In this document: positions 51,901-64,000 of the stretch, in pieces
Numbering within the stretch: position 1 is the stretch's first letter
How the letters are laid out: each line of letters begins with the position of its first letter
DNA from: Macrostomum lignano
Taxonomy: Eukaryota
Assembly: GCA_002269645.1 (NCBI GenBank)
Contig: NIVC01000061.1
Location: forward strand, 496,001 to 560,000
Length of the DNA: 64,000 nucleotides
Direction of reading: 5' to 3'
The notes under the pieces: generated by a model
Database searches by the model: none
What the model was told of the DNA's origin: nothing
The model's input: the letters and a program-made list of their open reading frames with translations, nothing else
Translations under genes and position numbers: made by a program

Positions 51901-54615
51901 GTGGTGATCGCCCCACTCAGGGAGGAGGCGAGATCATCCACCACCTGGCAGTCAGAGAGGTCACTGGGGGGGGGGGGTCAAGATCCCGAAGGCCGCGGCT
52001 CAGCTTCGAGCCAAAGGCGGCCCAATCGGTGTTCCTGACGTTCCGACTCCAAGTGACCTTAGGCTTTTGCTTGGTCGGCCCAATGCAAAAGCGGATAAAG
52101 CGGTGGTCCGAGAGCGAGTCCTCGTCCCACACTCGCCAGCCCGTGACTGCGGAAAGCAGTCCGGGTGAGGCGATGGTGGTGTCGATGACTTCGGCCCACC
52201 GCCCATTATTGAACGTTGGTGCATTGCCCACGTTACAGAAATTGAGGTTAGTGCTGCTGACATAGGCCAGCAGCTCCTCGCCTCTGCTATTGATGTTTTT
52301 GCTGCCCCAATGCAGGTGGTGTGCGTTCACATCCCCTGCAATGAGCAGCTCGAACCGATGGGACGCAGCATAGTCAATAAGGTTGACTAGCGCGTCGCAG
52401 ACAACTGGGGCATCGCCCGGGAAATAGGCAGATGCTACCAGCACAGGTTTATTGGGAATGAGGTTATTGATTTGAACAACACAGATGTCCCCAGACGAGA
52501 GATCAGGTCTCATCCATGCCTCAAAAGCTTTCGCAGCAAAGACCAGAGATCTTGGGCGAGGCTGCGAGCCCGCCATGCAAAAACAGTGGTAGCCAGATGG
52601 CACATTATTTGGCTTACCTTTAGTCATCCAGGGCTCCTGTACGAAGACCAGGCCCGGAAGCTGTTGCTCTGCCGTGCGCATCAGGTTGACCGACGCCGCC
52701 ACGCAGTGCTGGGTGTTGATCTGCAGACACCAGGTAGTCGCTGGCATCATTGCAGATCGGATGTTGCAGCCGCCAGGAGTTCCTCCTCCTCCTCCTCGGC
52801 GCTCACTGGCTTCGGGTCGGGGTCGCCGGTATCCATGGGCTCTTCTTCAGCAAAAGGCCCCCGATTGGCTGGAAGGCAGTAGGCAGGTTATTTTTCGAGC
52901 TTATGACTTTTCGAGCTTGTGATGGTGGTTGTTAAATCATTTTTCGACGATGTGATTTTTCGAGCTTATGACTTTTCGGGCTTGTGATGGTGGACGCTTT
53001 TCGACGATATGATTTTTCGAGCTTGTGATGGGCCCCCTCAAGGAACACAAAATCTCCCACCAGCATAGGTCGCTGCCATATCCAGACTAAACTGTTTATT
53101 GTGGCCTGTGTGAAAATCCCCAGTATACAAAGTTCTCTTAGTACTGTTGGCCCCGAGCCTAATCTTGGAGTATTCCATTGGTGAGGCGGGGTGAGGACTT
53201 GGGACTCTGTCAAGCTCGCGGTTGCCACATATCTAATCTTCGCTAGTTGTTTGGTTTTGGCCTGATTTGAGCAATACTGTAAATAAACTTATTAGGAAGG
53301 CTCATTTGGAAGCCGGGGCTGTTGCCCCCAGGACCCCGGGTCCTGCACGTAATGGCGTGGTGAACTATCTGTGCAGTATGAGACTGGTATGGCCTTTATC
53401 CCAGCCAGCGATGCTCACACCTGCCTCCCCTGGCGGGCCGATAGCTCAAGAGACTCTGTCTCCTGATTTTCACCTTGCAAGGCGCACTTCGAAGGGTACT
53501 CGTCCCGTGGGTGTTAAGGCAGGCCCCTTTGGGCCCTGCCGAGCTGATTCGTTGGCGCCGGGTCCTGGTGTGACCATAAACGCACCCTCTAATGTCCCAG
53601 TGTAACTCCGTGCTGATGGACGCTTGGCCAGGGAGTAGTCTGGTCGCTAACGGTTCCCCTTGCGCTCTTGGGTCCCCCCGCAGGGTGGTATTTTGCTTTT
53701 TGGGGGCCTGCCGCTTGGTTTGGGGTTGCGGCCTTGCGGCTCTTTGCCTGTGTTCTGCAGGAAGTCCCACCTTTTTACTTCCAGCCAATGGCTTCTAACC
53801 GAAGTAACAAACCGGCTGTGGATGACACAGTGCCTCCGGCCTCGGCTGGGGCCGTGGACTCCTCGGCCATACCACCTGCTACCATCGGGGACGCCTCGGC
53901 GAGACCCGTGGAGCCAACTCTGAGCGGTGCCTCCAAGAAGACACCTGCTACTCCAGCTGCTAAGCAACGCAGCACCACCTCTGGAGCTGCCCGCCGTCGA
54001 CTTAACAAGGCGAGGCGGGCCAAGGAGGGCGGAAGCCAAACCGGTGCCAGGGGCCAACGGCCCGCGGCAGCGGAAGCTTCCCAGTCTGGGGCGGTGGCGG
54101 AAGAGGGCCTCGAGCCCACGGAAGCCCCTGCCCAGGATAGGGAGGCCGATGCAGCCGGGAGGGTGGACAGCCCACCTGAAGAAAGCTCCACTGACCCCCG
54201 GGCCTCCTACGCTGATGCGGCAAAGAGGCAACCGGCGGTTGTCATCCTGGGAAAGGACGCGCGCCTGTCTCCCGATCAGCTGAAGCAGGTGAGAAGTGCC
54301 GTTGATGGCCTCCTGTGGAAGCTTACTCTGAAGGGCACGCCTCTGAACATTCATTCGAATGCGACGAGGGACTCGTGCCTTCTCATTTGGCCCAGTGATG
54401 CTGACTCGGGTCGGCGGCTCCTTGAGCTGCTGCCCGAGCAGAGCTGGGACCTCAACCTAGCCTTCTGCAGAGAGGACGAGCGCCCCCGGACCAAGAGGCA
54501 TCGAATCTGGGTCCCGGCCAGGAGCGTTGTTACCTCTGCTGACGAGCTCCGGAAAGGACTGCTAGCAGTCAACCGAGAGCTTCCCGCCGCGGGCCTTGTG
54601 GTGCATGACACCCTA
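48927..54615. mobile_element. Near full-length Loa/R1-like (I group) non-LTR retrotransposon, 5' part inverted
   Basis: 3' tail (taagtcaag)2 at about 48927-48944. ORF2 and the ORF1 C-terminus are on the minus strand, while the 5'UTR and ORF1 N-part are on the plus strand. The 15-bp TSD ggcttccaaatgagc (48912-48926) is found reverse-complemented at 53300-53314. Confidence 0.9.
49042..52750 (-). CDS. LINE ORF2: AP endonuclease, reverse transcriptase, RNase H, Cys/His motif (split by 2 frameshifts)
   Basis: APE motifs LQIN/VFVQEPW/AGDVNAHH/TFNN/SDHRFI. RT motifs KAPGPDG/FRPISL/QGGVLTP/GYADD. RNase H motifs YTDGS/WIPGH. C-terminal CPFC..ENAEHFICHCP. Pieces at 51917-52750, 49503-51944 and 49042-49620. 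Confidence 0.92.
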
Positions 54616-54630
54616 AAAAATAAAAAATAA
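53788..54630 (+). CDS. LINE ORF1 (DUF4780-like gag), truncated at the inversion breakpoint
   Basis: Motifs SGAARRRLNKAR and ASYADAAK..VVILG. The acidic C-terminal tail lies on the minus strand at 52887-52747, and its TGA overlaps the ORF2 ATG (ATGA). Confidence 0.8.
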   Translation: MASNRSNKPAVDDTVPPASAGAVDSSAIPPATIGDASARPVEPTLSGASKKTPATPAAKQRSTTSGAARRRLNKARRAKEGGSQTGARGQRPAAAEASQSGAVAEEGLEPTEAPAQDREADAAGRVDSPPEESSTDPRASYADAAKRQPAVVILGKDARLSPDQLKQVRSAVDGLLWKLTLKGTPLNIHSNATRDSCLLIWPSDADSGRRLLELLPEQSWDLNLAFCREDERPRTKRHRIWVPARSVVTSADELRKGLLAVNRELPAAGLVVHDTLKNKK

Positions 54631-55260
54631 AAATGTTCGGGACATTTTGCCATAGACATAAAAATAACCAATCATGCACACTCTGAGGTTGGGGACAGTT
54701 TGCCATAGACATAAAAATAACCAATCCTGCACACTCTGAGGTTGGGGACAGTTTGCCATAGACATAGCACGTCGAGTCAAGTACGAATATAATATAATAA
54801 ACCGTTCCAGATTTCAATAACTGACTTAATTGTCCTACTTTAGTTTGCAAAAGCAATCCTAGCATAGACAGAGCAATGGCAACGAGTATGTTTATTATCT
54901 GTCACTGTTATGCGCGGGCAGCGGCCAGCACAGCAATTATTTAAATACACACACGAGTGAATGAATACCAGGGGCCTTATATTGAACGCCCCAGGCACCC
55001 AGGAACTTGTGTTTTGTTGAGACTCATTAAATGTGCTCATCAGCAAGAGCTGACATGGCTTTGCCGTGCTGTGCTAATAGACTCCTTCGCGTCGCGGGCC
55101 TCTTCTTGCAGTTAATAACGCAAATTCTTCAGAATTATGTTCACAGTATGCTAATACTGCTGTTGCTCATCGGTCGAGAGTAGCTATATAGTGAGACTGC
55201 TGCGTAAGAATGCTTGTGGTCTCTTTCATGTGGTATTCTCACTGTTACTCGGGGGCGGGG

Positions 55261-55325
55261 GCGGGGGTGTAGCCTAGTGGTCAGAGCGTCGGAATCACGA
55301 CTTGAAGGTCGACTCCCACAGGTAC
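55261..55325 (+). pseudogene. tRNA-derived SINE head or tRNA pseudogene
   Basis: A-box tagcctagtgg followed by aaggtcgactccc, where the B box is partly deleted. No complete cloverleaf. Confidence 0.45.
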
Positions 55326-55856
55326 GACTTAAACAAACCGCCAATAAGTGATATCAGCTCAAATCAATCAATTATTGAAGACTTGTTTTGTCAAAGTTGT
55401 TAACCTTTCTTATCTACGTCAACTCCGTCAGGTAAACACGCACAATCGAGCTCCATTATATAAGCAAGCAGAAACAGCTGTATAGAGGAAATTAAGCGGG
55501 AGATATGAAGCGGGGAGGCTGTTTGCACGGATCATGTTGAAACTGTCAGAGTTAAAGAAAACAATTATTTTCATGCACTGCTAGGCGTGCAGATTTACAA
55601 GTACAGACAGTAGCACTGCGTGTGTGGCCTGTAGCCCAGTTAAAATTTAGCTGAATTGAAACCCGGCCAATCTCATTGTTCGCAGGAAAAACATATTAAA
55701 AACTTTTCCGCTCTGCACAACTCGTTTGTGGCCGACGCGCACTGAGCTCCCCTCTCCCCCTGGATGCAAAGGTCAGCCTGTTTACGACCCCGCAGAGCAG
55801 CTCGGGCAGGGAGCTCGAGGCTTGAACAAAGATCTGGATTTTCCAGCTGAGAATGT

Positions 55857-56225
<369 letters not shown>

Positions 56226-56634
56226 TTTGCTTGATTTTTAGCAAAGATAAATCCGTGATCAACTCTGACACAAAATGATCACAGTTAAAAAAACATTTCA
56301 TTCTCAGAATATTGGTGCTGTTTAGACCCAATTTGAGAAAAGTAGAAGATTTGCTTGGAAAGAAACTGTGTGGGGAAATTGTGCTGGGTGCGATTCCAGC
56401 TGCCAGTCCAGATAGCTAAGCTCAGAGCTCCATGACTACGCAGGTGTTCCGTGCCGCCGGCAGTCCATGGTGTGGCCATGACGCCGTCCTAGGATTGGCT
56501 CTGCTAACCAGCCAGTTGCTTCTAGGGGAAGAGAAAATCTTTGAGGACAAAACAGCTGGACAGGCTGCCTGGGACGGCAAAGCTTTGATGAACGCTGTTT
56601 CTTCGGCTCTGGCAGATCTTGCACCAAGCTATTT

Positions 56635-59600
56635 ATGAGCGCCAGCATGACGTCATCTGCTTTTCGGCGAACAAGCTCGCGGACTGAAGTTCTGATGCTA
56701 ATCTGCGCTTTCACCAGCACAGCAACAATGGTAGATTCCGAGCTTTTTGTTGCTAATTGAACTTTACATGCGAGTATTCTTGAGTTGTGAATTTTGTGTC
56801 CACTTTTAGACTGGGGTGTCCACTTCGAGGCAAAGGTGTCCACTACGAGACTGGGGTGTCCAATTCGAGACTAGGGTGTCCACCTTCAGACTGGGGGTGT
56901 CAAATTTCGAGACTGGGGTGTCCACTTCGAGGCAAAGGTGTCCACTACGAGACTGGGGTGTCCACTTCGAGACTGCAGGAGTGTCCACTTCGAGACTGGG
57001 GTGTTCACTTCGAGGCAAAGGTGTCCACTTCAAGACCGAGGTGTCTGCACTTTGAGACTGGGGTGTTCACTTTGAGACTGGGGTGTTCACTTCGAGACTG
57101 GGGTGTTCACTTCGAGACTGGGGTGTTCACTTCGAGACTGGGGTGTCCACTTCAAGGCAAATGTGTCCACTTCAAGGCAATATTTGATCGAAAGTCTAAA
57201 AATTAAAAATAACAGCCATCGAAACTTTAACAGGGACACAAAAGTCCCATAAGTTGCCAAAACTAAAATAGCAGGCGCCAAAATCAAGAAGCAGGCGCCA
57301 AAATTAAGAAGCAGGTGCCAAAATGAATAAGGAGGCGCCAAAATCAAGAAACAGTCGCCAAAATCAAGAAACAGTCGCCAAAATCAAGAAGCAGGCGCCA
57401 AAATCAAGAAGCAGGCGCCAAAATCAAGAAGCAGGCGCCAAAATCAAGAAACAGTCGCCAAAATCAAGAAACAGTCGCCAAAATCAAGAAACAGTCGCCA
57501 AAATAAAAAAGCAGGCGCCAAAATCAAGAAGCAGGTTGCAAAATCAAGAAGCAGTCGCCAAAATCAAGAAGAAGGCGCCAAAATCAAGAAGCAGGTTGCA
57601 AAATCAAGAAACAGTCGCCAAAATCAAGAAACAGTCGCCAAAATCAAGAAACAGTCGCCAAAATCAAGAAACAGTCGCCAAAATAAAAAAGCAGGCGCCA
57701 AAATCAAGAAGCAGGTTGCAAAATCAAGAAACAGTCGCCAAAATCAAGAAGAAGGCGCCAAAATAAAAAAACAGGCGCGAAAATCAAGAAGCAGGTTGTA
57801 AAATCAAGAAACAGTCGCCAAAATCAATAAGCAGGCGCCAAAATCAATAAGCAGGCGCACAAATCAAGAATCAGGCGCCAAAATCAACAAAAAGTCACCA
57901 AAATCAAGAAGCAGGCGTCAAAATCAAGAATCAGGCGCCAAAATCAAGAAACAGTCGCCAAAATCAAGAAACAGTTGCCAAAATCAAGAAGCAGGCGCCA
58001 AAATCAAGAAACAGTTGCCAAAATCAAGAAGCAGGCGCCAAAATCAAGAATCAGGCGTCAAAATCAACAAAAAGTCAACAAAATCAAGAAACAGTCGCCA
58101 AAATCAAGAAACAGTTGCCAAAATCAAGAAGCAGGCGCCAAAATCAAGAAGCAGGCGCACAAATCAAGAATCAGGCGCCAAAATCAACAAAAAGTCAACA
58201 AAATCAAGAAGCAGGCGTCAAAATCAAGAATCAGGCGCCAAAATCAACAAAAAGTCACCAAAATCAAGAAGCAGGTTGCAAAATCAAGAAGCAGGCGCCA
58301 AAATCAATAAGCAGGCGCCAAAATCAATCAAGAAGCAGGCGCCAAAATCAATAAAGAAGCAGGCGCCAAAATCAATAAAGAAGCAGGCGCCAAAATCAAT
58401 CAAGAAGCAGGCGCCAAAATCAAGAAACAGGCGCCAATTTAATCAGCAACGCTGTGAAACTGTTCTGCAATGCGCCCGCTAAAGCAATCAATAATAAACA
58501 CACTTCTCTCTGCTCTCCAGATTTTCGAGATCAGGCAGCTGCGAAGTCGGTGCAATTAGTTTGCAGATAGAAAATAATTTCGCATCTTTCTCTGATCAGA
58601 ATCCCCGCTCTGCAATTTTTACTGCCGCCCAAACCAAAACAAAGAGCCGCTTAAGCAGCTGCCTGGTTTAAGAAGGAGGCCATCGAAAATCTGACTGCAG
58701 CTGAGCCCCCAGCATCCAGGCTTGTTGAGAGTCACCTGCATGTTTCCATCTTGGCTTCCTCAGTTCGAATTTGGCGCGCAACCTGCCGGCGATAATTGTG
58801 ATGAGGCAACTGGAGGCTGCAAATGCGCCAATTTGAGCCAATTTCGAATGCAGCGTTCTTCACTGGGGCCGGCTTGCCATAAAGACAGGATATTTATCTC
58901 AGCTCCCCCACTTTAAAATCCCTGAAATTTCATATTCACAATCCCTAACGTTTTACGATCCCCAAACTTCACAATCTCCAACCTTCACAATCCCCAAATT
59001 CAAAATCCCCAAACTTCACGATTCCCAAACTTCACGATCCCCAAACTTCACGATCCCCAAACTTCACGATCCCCAAACTTCACGATCCCCAAACTTCACG
59101 ATCCCCAAATTTCACGACCCCAAACTTCACGACCCCAAACTTCGCAATCCCCAAATTCACAATCCCCAAACTTCACGATCCTCAAACTTCACGACCCCAA
59201 ACTTCACGATCCCCAAACTTCACGATCCCCAAACTTCGCAATCCCAAAATTCACAATCCCCAAACTTCACGATCCCCATACTTCACGATCCCCAAATTTC
59301 ACGATCCCCAAATTCAAAATCCCCAAATCACAATCCCCAAACTTCACAATCCCCAAATTCAAAATCCCCAAACTTCACGATCCCCAAACTTCACGATTCC
59401 CAAACTTCACGACCCCAAACTTCACGACCCCAAACTTCGCAATCCCCAAATTCACAATCCCCAAACTTCACAATCTACAAACTTCACGATCCCAAACTTC
59501 ACGATCCCCAAACTTCACGACCCCAAACTTCACGACCCCAAACTTCACGATCCCCAAACTTCACGATCCCAAACTTCACAATCCCCAAACTTCACGACCC

Positions 59601-62600
59601 CAAACTTCACGACCCCAAACTTCACGACCTTAAAGCTTCACAATCGTTGGGAGATATGGAGATTATTATTTCGGAAATTTCCCAAATTTAGGCATGCGAA
59701 ATTCGAGACCTGCGAAAGGTCCTCATTTGTATGCAGTGCATCGACTTTCAGTGTCATTCCTGAAGCATTCGATAAATAAGATTTATGAGCATCAGTGTGC
59801 CAAAAATCCTTGCTCTAAGCCAGTAAAAAGTTTCATAAATAACTCGAATATATCTTTACTCATAGAGAGTCAGTCGGACTACAGCTCAAAGAATTTTCAG
59901 GATTCAGTTTTAACAGTGAATTACGTATTAGTGCATTATAGAACATTACTAAGAGCCCCGCATGGGTCGATTCCAGTCTGTAAATTCATAATAATATCGA
60001 ACAATATCGAATATTTACAATATCGAATCTTCACAATATCGAATCTTCACAATATCGAGTCTTCACAATATCGAATCTTCACAATATCGAATATTTACAA
60101 TATCGAATCTTCACAATATCGAGTCTTCACAATATCGAATCTTCACAATATCGAGTCTTCACAATATCGAATCTTCACAATATCGAAGCTTCACAATATC
60201 GAATCTTCACAATATCGAGTCTTCACAATATCGAATCTTCACAATATCGAATCTTCACAATATCGAGTCTTCACAATATCGAATCTTTACAATATCGAAT
60301 CTTCACAATATCGAATATTCACAATATCGAATCTTCACAATATCGAGTCTTCACAATATCGAATCTTCCCAATATCGAATCATCACAATATCGAATCTTC
60401 ACAATATCGAATCTTCACAATATCGAATCTTCAAAATATCGAATCTTCTTCACAATATCGAATCTTCATAATATCGAATCTTCACAATATCGAATCTTCA
60501 CAATATCGAATCTTCACAATATCGAATCTTCACTAATTCGTATCTTCACAATATCGAATCTTCACAATATCTAGTCTTCACAATATCTAGTCTTCACAAT
60601 ATCGAATATTCACAATATCGAATCTTCACAATATCAAATATTCACAATATCGAATATTCACAATACCGAATCTTCACAAGTTCGAATCTCAAGGCAAAGC
60701 TCAATGAGAATAATTTTATGATGACATGGTGTACTTTGGATTCTGCAACCAAGTACGAGCGTAGCATTAGCAATCTGATTTTGCTAGCCCCGCTGTCTTC
60801 ACTGCAGACGATGCCAGTCTCTTTTAGGATGTTACAGCCGTTTTGAGTTGAAAATAGACTGTGCAATATCCCCGCGCAGAACCGATGGGAATTTCATGGT
60901 TGAATCAAGAATTCCCTCTGTGCAAACAGTCGAATTTTCGGCAGAGCCATCTTGTCGCAGCTGCCTCAATAAAATTGCGAGTAGGCCGTCTGTTTTTTGC
61001 TCTTCTCTCGCACTCTCAACCAGGGCTCATAAGGAATAAAAGGAACTGAGCCAGCGAATCCCGGCAAAACAGACACCTGTTCCGCGCCACTGCTGAGGGG
61101 CTCTGCTTCGCTAAAATAGAATTTTGAGATTTCATTTCCAGCTGAGCAAAGCTCAATTCCCTGTGCTCTTCGAGAAAAATTATCAGAGTACAAGACTATC
61201 TTCCTTTGTTCGTTTTTTCGTTTTATTGATCCCGCTTTCAATCAGAATTTGCACTGGGCCGCTTTTGAGGCCATCGGGCACTCCGAGCTCCCTTAACAGA
61301 ACCCAATGAATTATTTATGTCCGCACTGAGTGAACTTACTTGGCTGACGTCTGAGCAGATTTGGGACTCCAGCTGTCAGATTCGGGACTCCAGCTGTCGG
61401 GACTCCAGCTGTCAGATTCGGGACTCCAGCTGTCGGGACTCCAGCTGTCAGATTCGGGACTCCAGCTGTCGGGACTCCAACTGTCAGATTCGGGACTCCA
61501 GTTATCAGATTCGGGACTCCAGCAGTCAGATTGGGGACTCAAACTGTCGGGACTCCAACTTTAAGATTCGGGACTCCAACTGTTAGATTCGGGACTCCAG
61601 TTGTCAGATTTAGAACTCCAGCTGTCAGATTCGGGACTCCAGCAGTCAGATTGGGGACTCAAACTGTCGGGACTCCAACTTTAAGATTCGGGACTCCAAC
61701 TGTTAGATTCGGGACTCCAGTTGTCAGATTTAGAACTCCAGCTGTCAGATTCGGGACTCCAGCTGTCAGATTCGGGACTCCAGCTGTCAGATTCGGGACT
61801 CCAGCTGTCAGATTCGGGACTCCAGCTGTCAGATTCGGGACTCCAGCTGTCAGATTCGGGACTCCAGCTGTCAGATTCGGGACTCCAGCTGTCAGATTCG
61901 GGACTCCAGCTGTCAGATTCGGGACTCCAGCTGTCAGATTCGGGACTCCAGCTGTCAGATTCGGGACTCCAGCTGTCAGATTCGGGACTTCAGTTGTCAG
62001 ATGCTGACCCCACATAACCTTGCAGGCCCAGCAGGGCACGCCCAGCCTGAGCCAGGAGGAACTGGTTGAGCAGCTCCGCAGGGCCGAGCAGAGCTGCCAG
62101 TCTCAACTGGCGCTGGGCCGCCTGACGAGCCTCGCCACCTCCGGCGCCGCCGCTGCTGCCAGCAACTGCTCCGGGCAATTCGACGGCTTCCTATGCTGGC
62201 CACCGGCGCCCGCGAGCTCCGACGCGTCCCTGCCCTGTCCCGGCCAGGTGTTCGGCAATGAAGGCCGAGTGCGCTTCGCCAAACGACGCTGCCAGGCCGA
62301 TGGTCGATGGCGGAGCAGCGGCAGCGATGGTGGCGAGTTTCACCCGCTCACTGCCTACTCCGACTGCTCAGAGCGCAATGCCAGTCTGGCAAGAAGCCTG
62401 TACGAGTTGGTAAGCGGCTAAAAGTTCTTGAGAATTTACTACAGACTATTGGCATTTTTTTCTGGATTTTTTGTCATAGGTGTCCTCACTAGGTGTTTCA
62501 CAGGTGTCTCAGGCGTGTCATAGGTGTATCATAGGGTGTGAATAGGGGAGTCATAGGTGTATCATAGGTGTATCATAGGCGTGTCACAGGTGTGTCACAG

Positions 62601-63465
62601 GTGTGTCTAAACACAGGTGTCTCTAAACAGGTGTCATAGATGTATCATAGGTATGTCATAGATGTATCATAGGTGTGTCATAGATGTATCATAGGTGTGT
62701 CATAGATGTGTCACAGTTGTATCATACGTGTGTCATAGATGTGTCATATGCTGCGTCGAAAAAGGTGTGCGATGGCATTCCAATTGGCTGTTCGAGCGAG
62801 TCTGACAAAGCCTACTTGTCGGCATGGTCTCAAACACCGCCTGGAACACCGCCTGGAACAGCGCCTGGAACAGCGCCGCTCTCTGCGGTTAGGCGGGCCC
62901 CAGACTGCACAAAATCGCAGCCATAAATGTAATTATTATACTCATTTCGGTTCCTCGCCATCAAAAACAGGTGCGCCTGACACAGGTGAGCAACGAGACC
63001 CAGCAGCTTCGACTCAGGCTGGAGAGGCACCTCTGCGCCCAAGTAAAAAAAGCGCACGGTGCGTCGCAGAGTCAGTCGGATGCCGCCGGCTGCCGTCCAG
63101 CCTTTGACGGTGTTCTGTGCTGGCCGACGGTGCCGGCTGGCACTTTCGGGCGCCAGCTCTGCCCGGACTACTTGAATGAAGTGCAGCGGGACAGGTACGC
63201 AACCAGGATGTGCCACGCTAACGGCACCTGGCACCTGGGCGGCTGGACCAACTTCTCCGACTGCCTGGCCGTGGAATCCTCTTCATCAAGTTTTGATGCT
63301 GCCGCTGCCGATGAAAGAGCTGTTGCGAAGGTTTGTCTGTCTGTCTGTCTGCCTGTCTGTCTTAGTGCCTGTCTATCTGTCTGTCTTAGTATCTGTCTGT
63401 CTGTCTGTCTCAGTGTCTTAGTGTCTGTCTGTCTGTCTGTCTGTCTGGCTGCCTGTCTGTCTGCC

Positions 63466-63522
<57 letters not shown>

Positions 63523-63601
63523 TAGTGTCTGTCTGTCTTAGTGTCTGTCTGTCTGTCTCAGTGTCTTAGTGTCTTAGTGTCTGTCTGTCTGGCTGCCTGC
63601 C

Positions 63602-63668
<67 letters not shown>

Positions 63669-63737
63669 GTGTCCGTCTTAGTGTCTGCCTGTCTGTGTGT
63701 CTGTCTTAGTGTCTGCCTGTCTGTGTGTCTGTCTTAG

Positions 63738-63830
<93 letters not shown>

Positions 63831-64000
63831 GCATGTCTGTCTGTCTGTCTTATTGCCTGTCTCAGTGTCTGCTTGTCTGTCATGATGTAACTCGATGTTG
63901 ATGTGCGTCATAGCAAGTGTCTGCTAAGTTGTTTCCAACCTAACAAATTGCAGAGACACCTGGCCATCATGAGCATGATTGGGCTGGTCGGGCACAGCCT
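56635..64000 (+). CDS. Class B1 (secretin/CRF/DH-like) GPCR with two tandem hormone-receptor domains; runs off the window end in TM1
   Basis: Exon 62026-62409 ([31 protein letters not shown]). Exon 62971 or 62986 to 63330 ([35 protein letters not shown]). Exon 63954 onward ([18 protein letters not shown]1-like). A candidate signal-peptide exon at 56635-56730 is less certain. Confidence 0.85.
56810..57175. repeat. ~20-bp minisatellite (gactggggtgtccacttcga)
   Basis: Direct tandem units. Confidence 0.92.
57280..58435. repeat. 20-bp minisatellite (ggcgccaaaatcaagaagca)
   Basis: Direct tandem units with a GGCGCCAAAA core. Confidence 0.95.
58950..59630. repeat. 16-17-bp minisatellite (ccccaaacttcacgat)
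   Basis: Direct tandem units. Confidence 0.95.
60000..60680. repeat. 16-bp minisatellite (cacaatatcgaatctt)
   Basis: Direct tandem units. Confidence 0.95.
61362..62000. repeat. 21-bp minisatellite (cagctgtcagattcgggactc)
   Basis: Direct tandem units ending about 25 bp before the GPCR exon acceptor. Confidence 0.95.
63331..63880. repeat. (TCTG)n-based microsatellite starting at the splice donor
   Basis: Direct. Confidence 0.95.

Noticed and set aside
53410-53480. HDV-like ribozyme in the LINE 5'UTR (gcc-tcccct-ggc resembles P3/L3)
   Set aside because: There is no convincing P1, P1.1 GG or P2 pairing, and it is not at the element 5' end.
52864-53789. 12-bp match cttccagccaat at 53778-53789 and its reverse complement at 52864-52875 as the inversion cause
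   Set aside because: Neither copy coincides with the inferred breakpoints, so it is likely chance.
52888-54615. Twin-priming 5' inversion formed during retrotransposition
   Set aside because: The 5' TSD and about 400 bp of host flank are inverted with the 5' segment, so the inversion postdates insertion.
55261-55325. Functional tRNA gene
   Set aside because: The T-arm/B box is partly deleted and there is no acceptor-stem closure.

Overview
Eukaryotic (metazoan) genomic DNA, not prokaryotic. It has GC-rich spliced exons, AT-rich intergenic blocks and introns packed with unrelated minisatellites. This style suggests a free-living flatworm such as Macrostomum, which is an inference and was not tested. 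Six spliced protein genes were reconstructed by hand from GT-AG junctions and reading-frame phase: a DUF4476/PROSER1-N-like protein (+), a ceramide glucosyltransferase (UGCG) homolog (-), RBM39/Caper (+), a stand-alone MoaC/MOCS1B (+), NF-YA (-), and the 5' part of a class B (secretin-family) GPCR with two hormone-binding domains (+). Mobile DNA includes a near full-length Loa/R1-like LINE whose 5' part and target-site duplication (TSD) were flipped by a later inversion, a 5'-truncated relative with a TSD, a foldback MULE-like MITE, Helitron-like ends, and decayed Tc1 and PHD-FLYWCH Mutator remnants. It also includes a 287-bp TTAA-flanked MITE carrying the 28S rDNA R2/I-PpoI target segment. 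The most interesting signals are that MITE, RIP-like CpA->TpA hypermutation of old transposons, the UGCG homolog lacking its D2 aspartate, the double-ECD GPCR, and CCAAT-box arrays near NF-YA. There is no CRISPR array and no complete rRNA or tRNA gene. All coordinates were counted by hand, and repeat boundaries are approximate.
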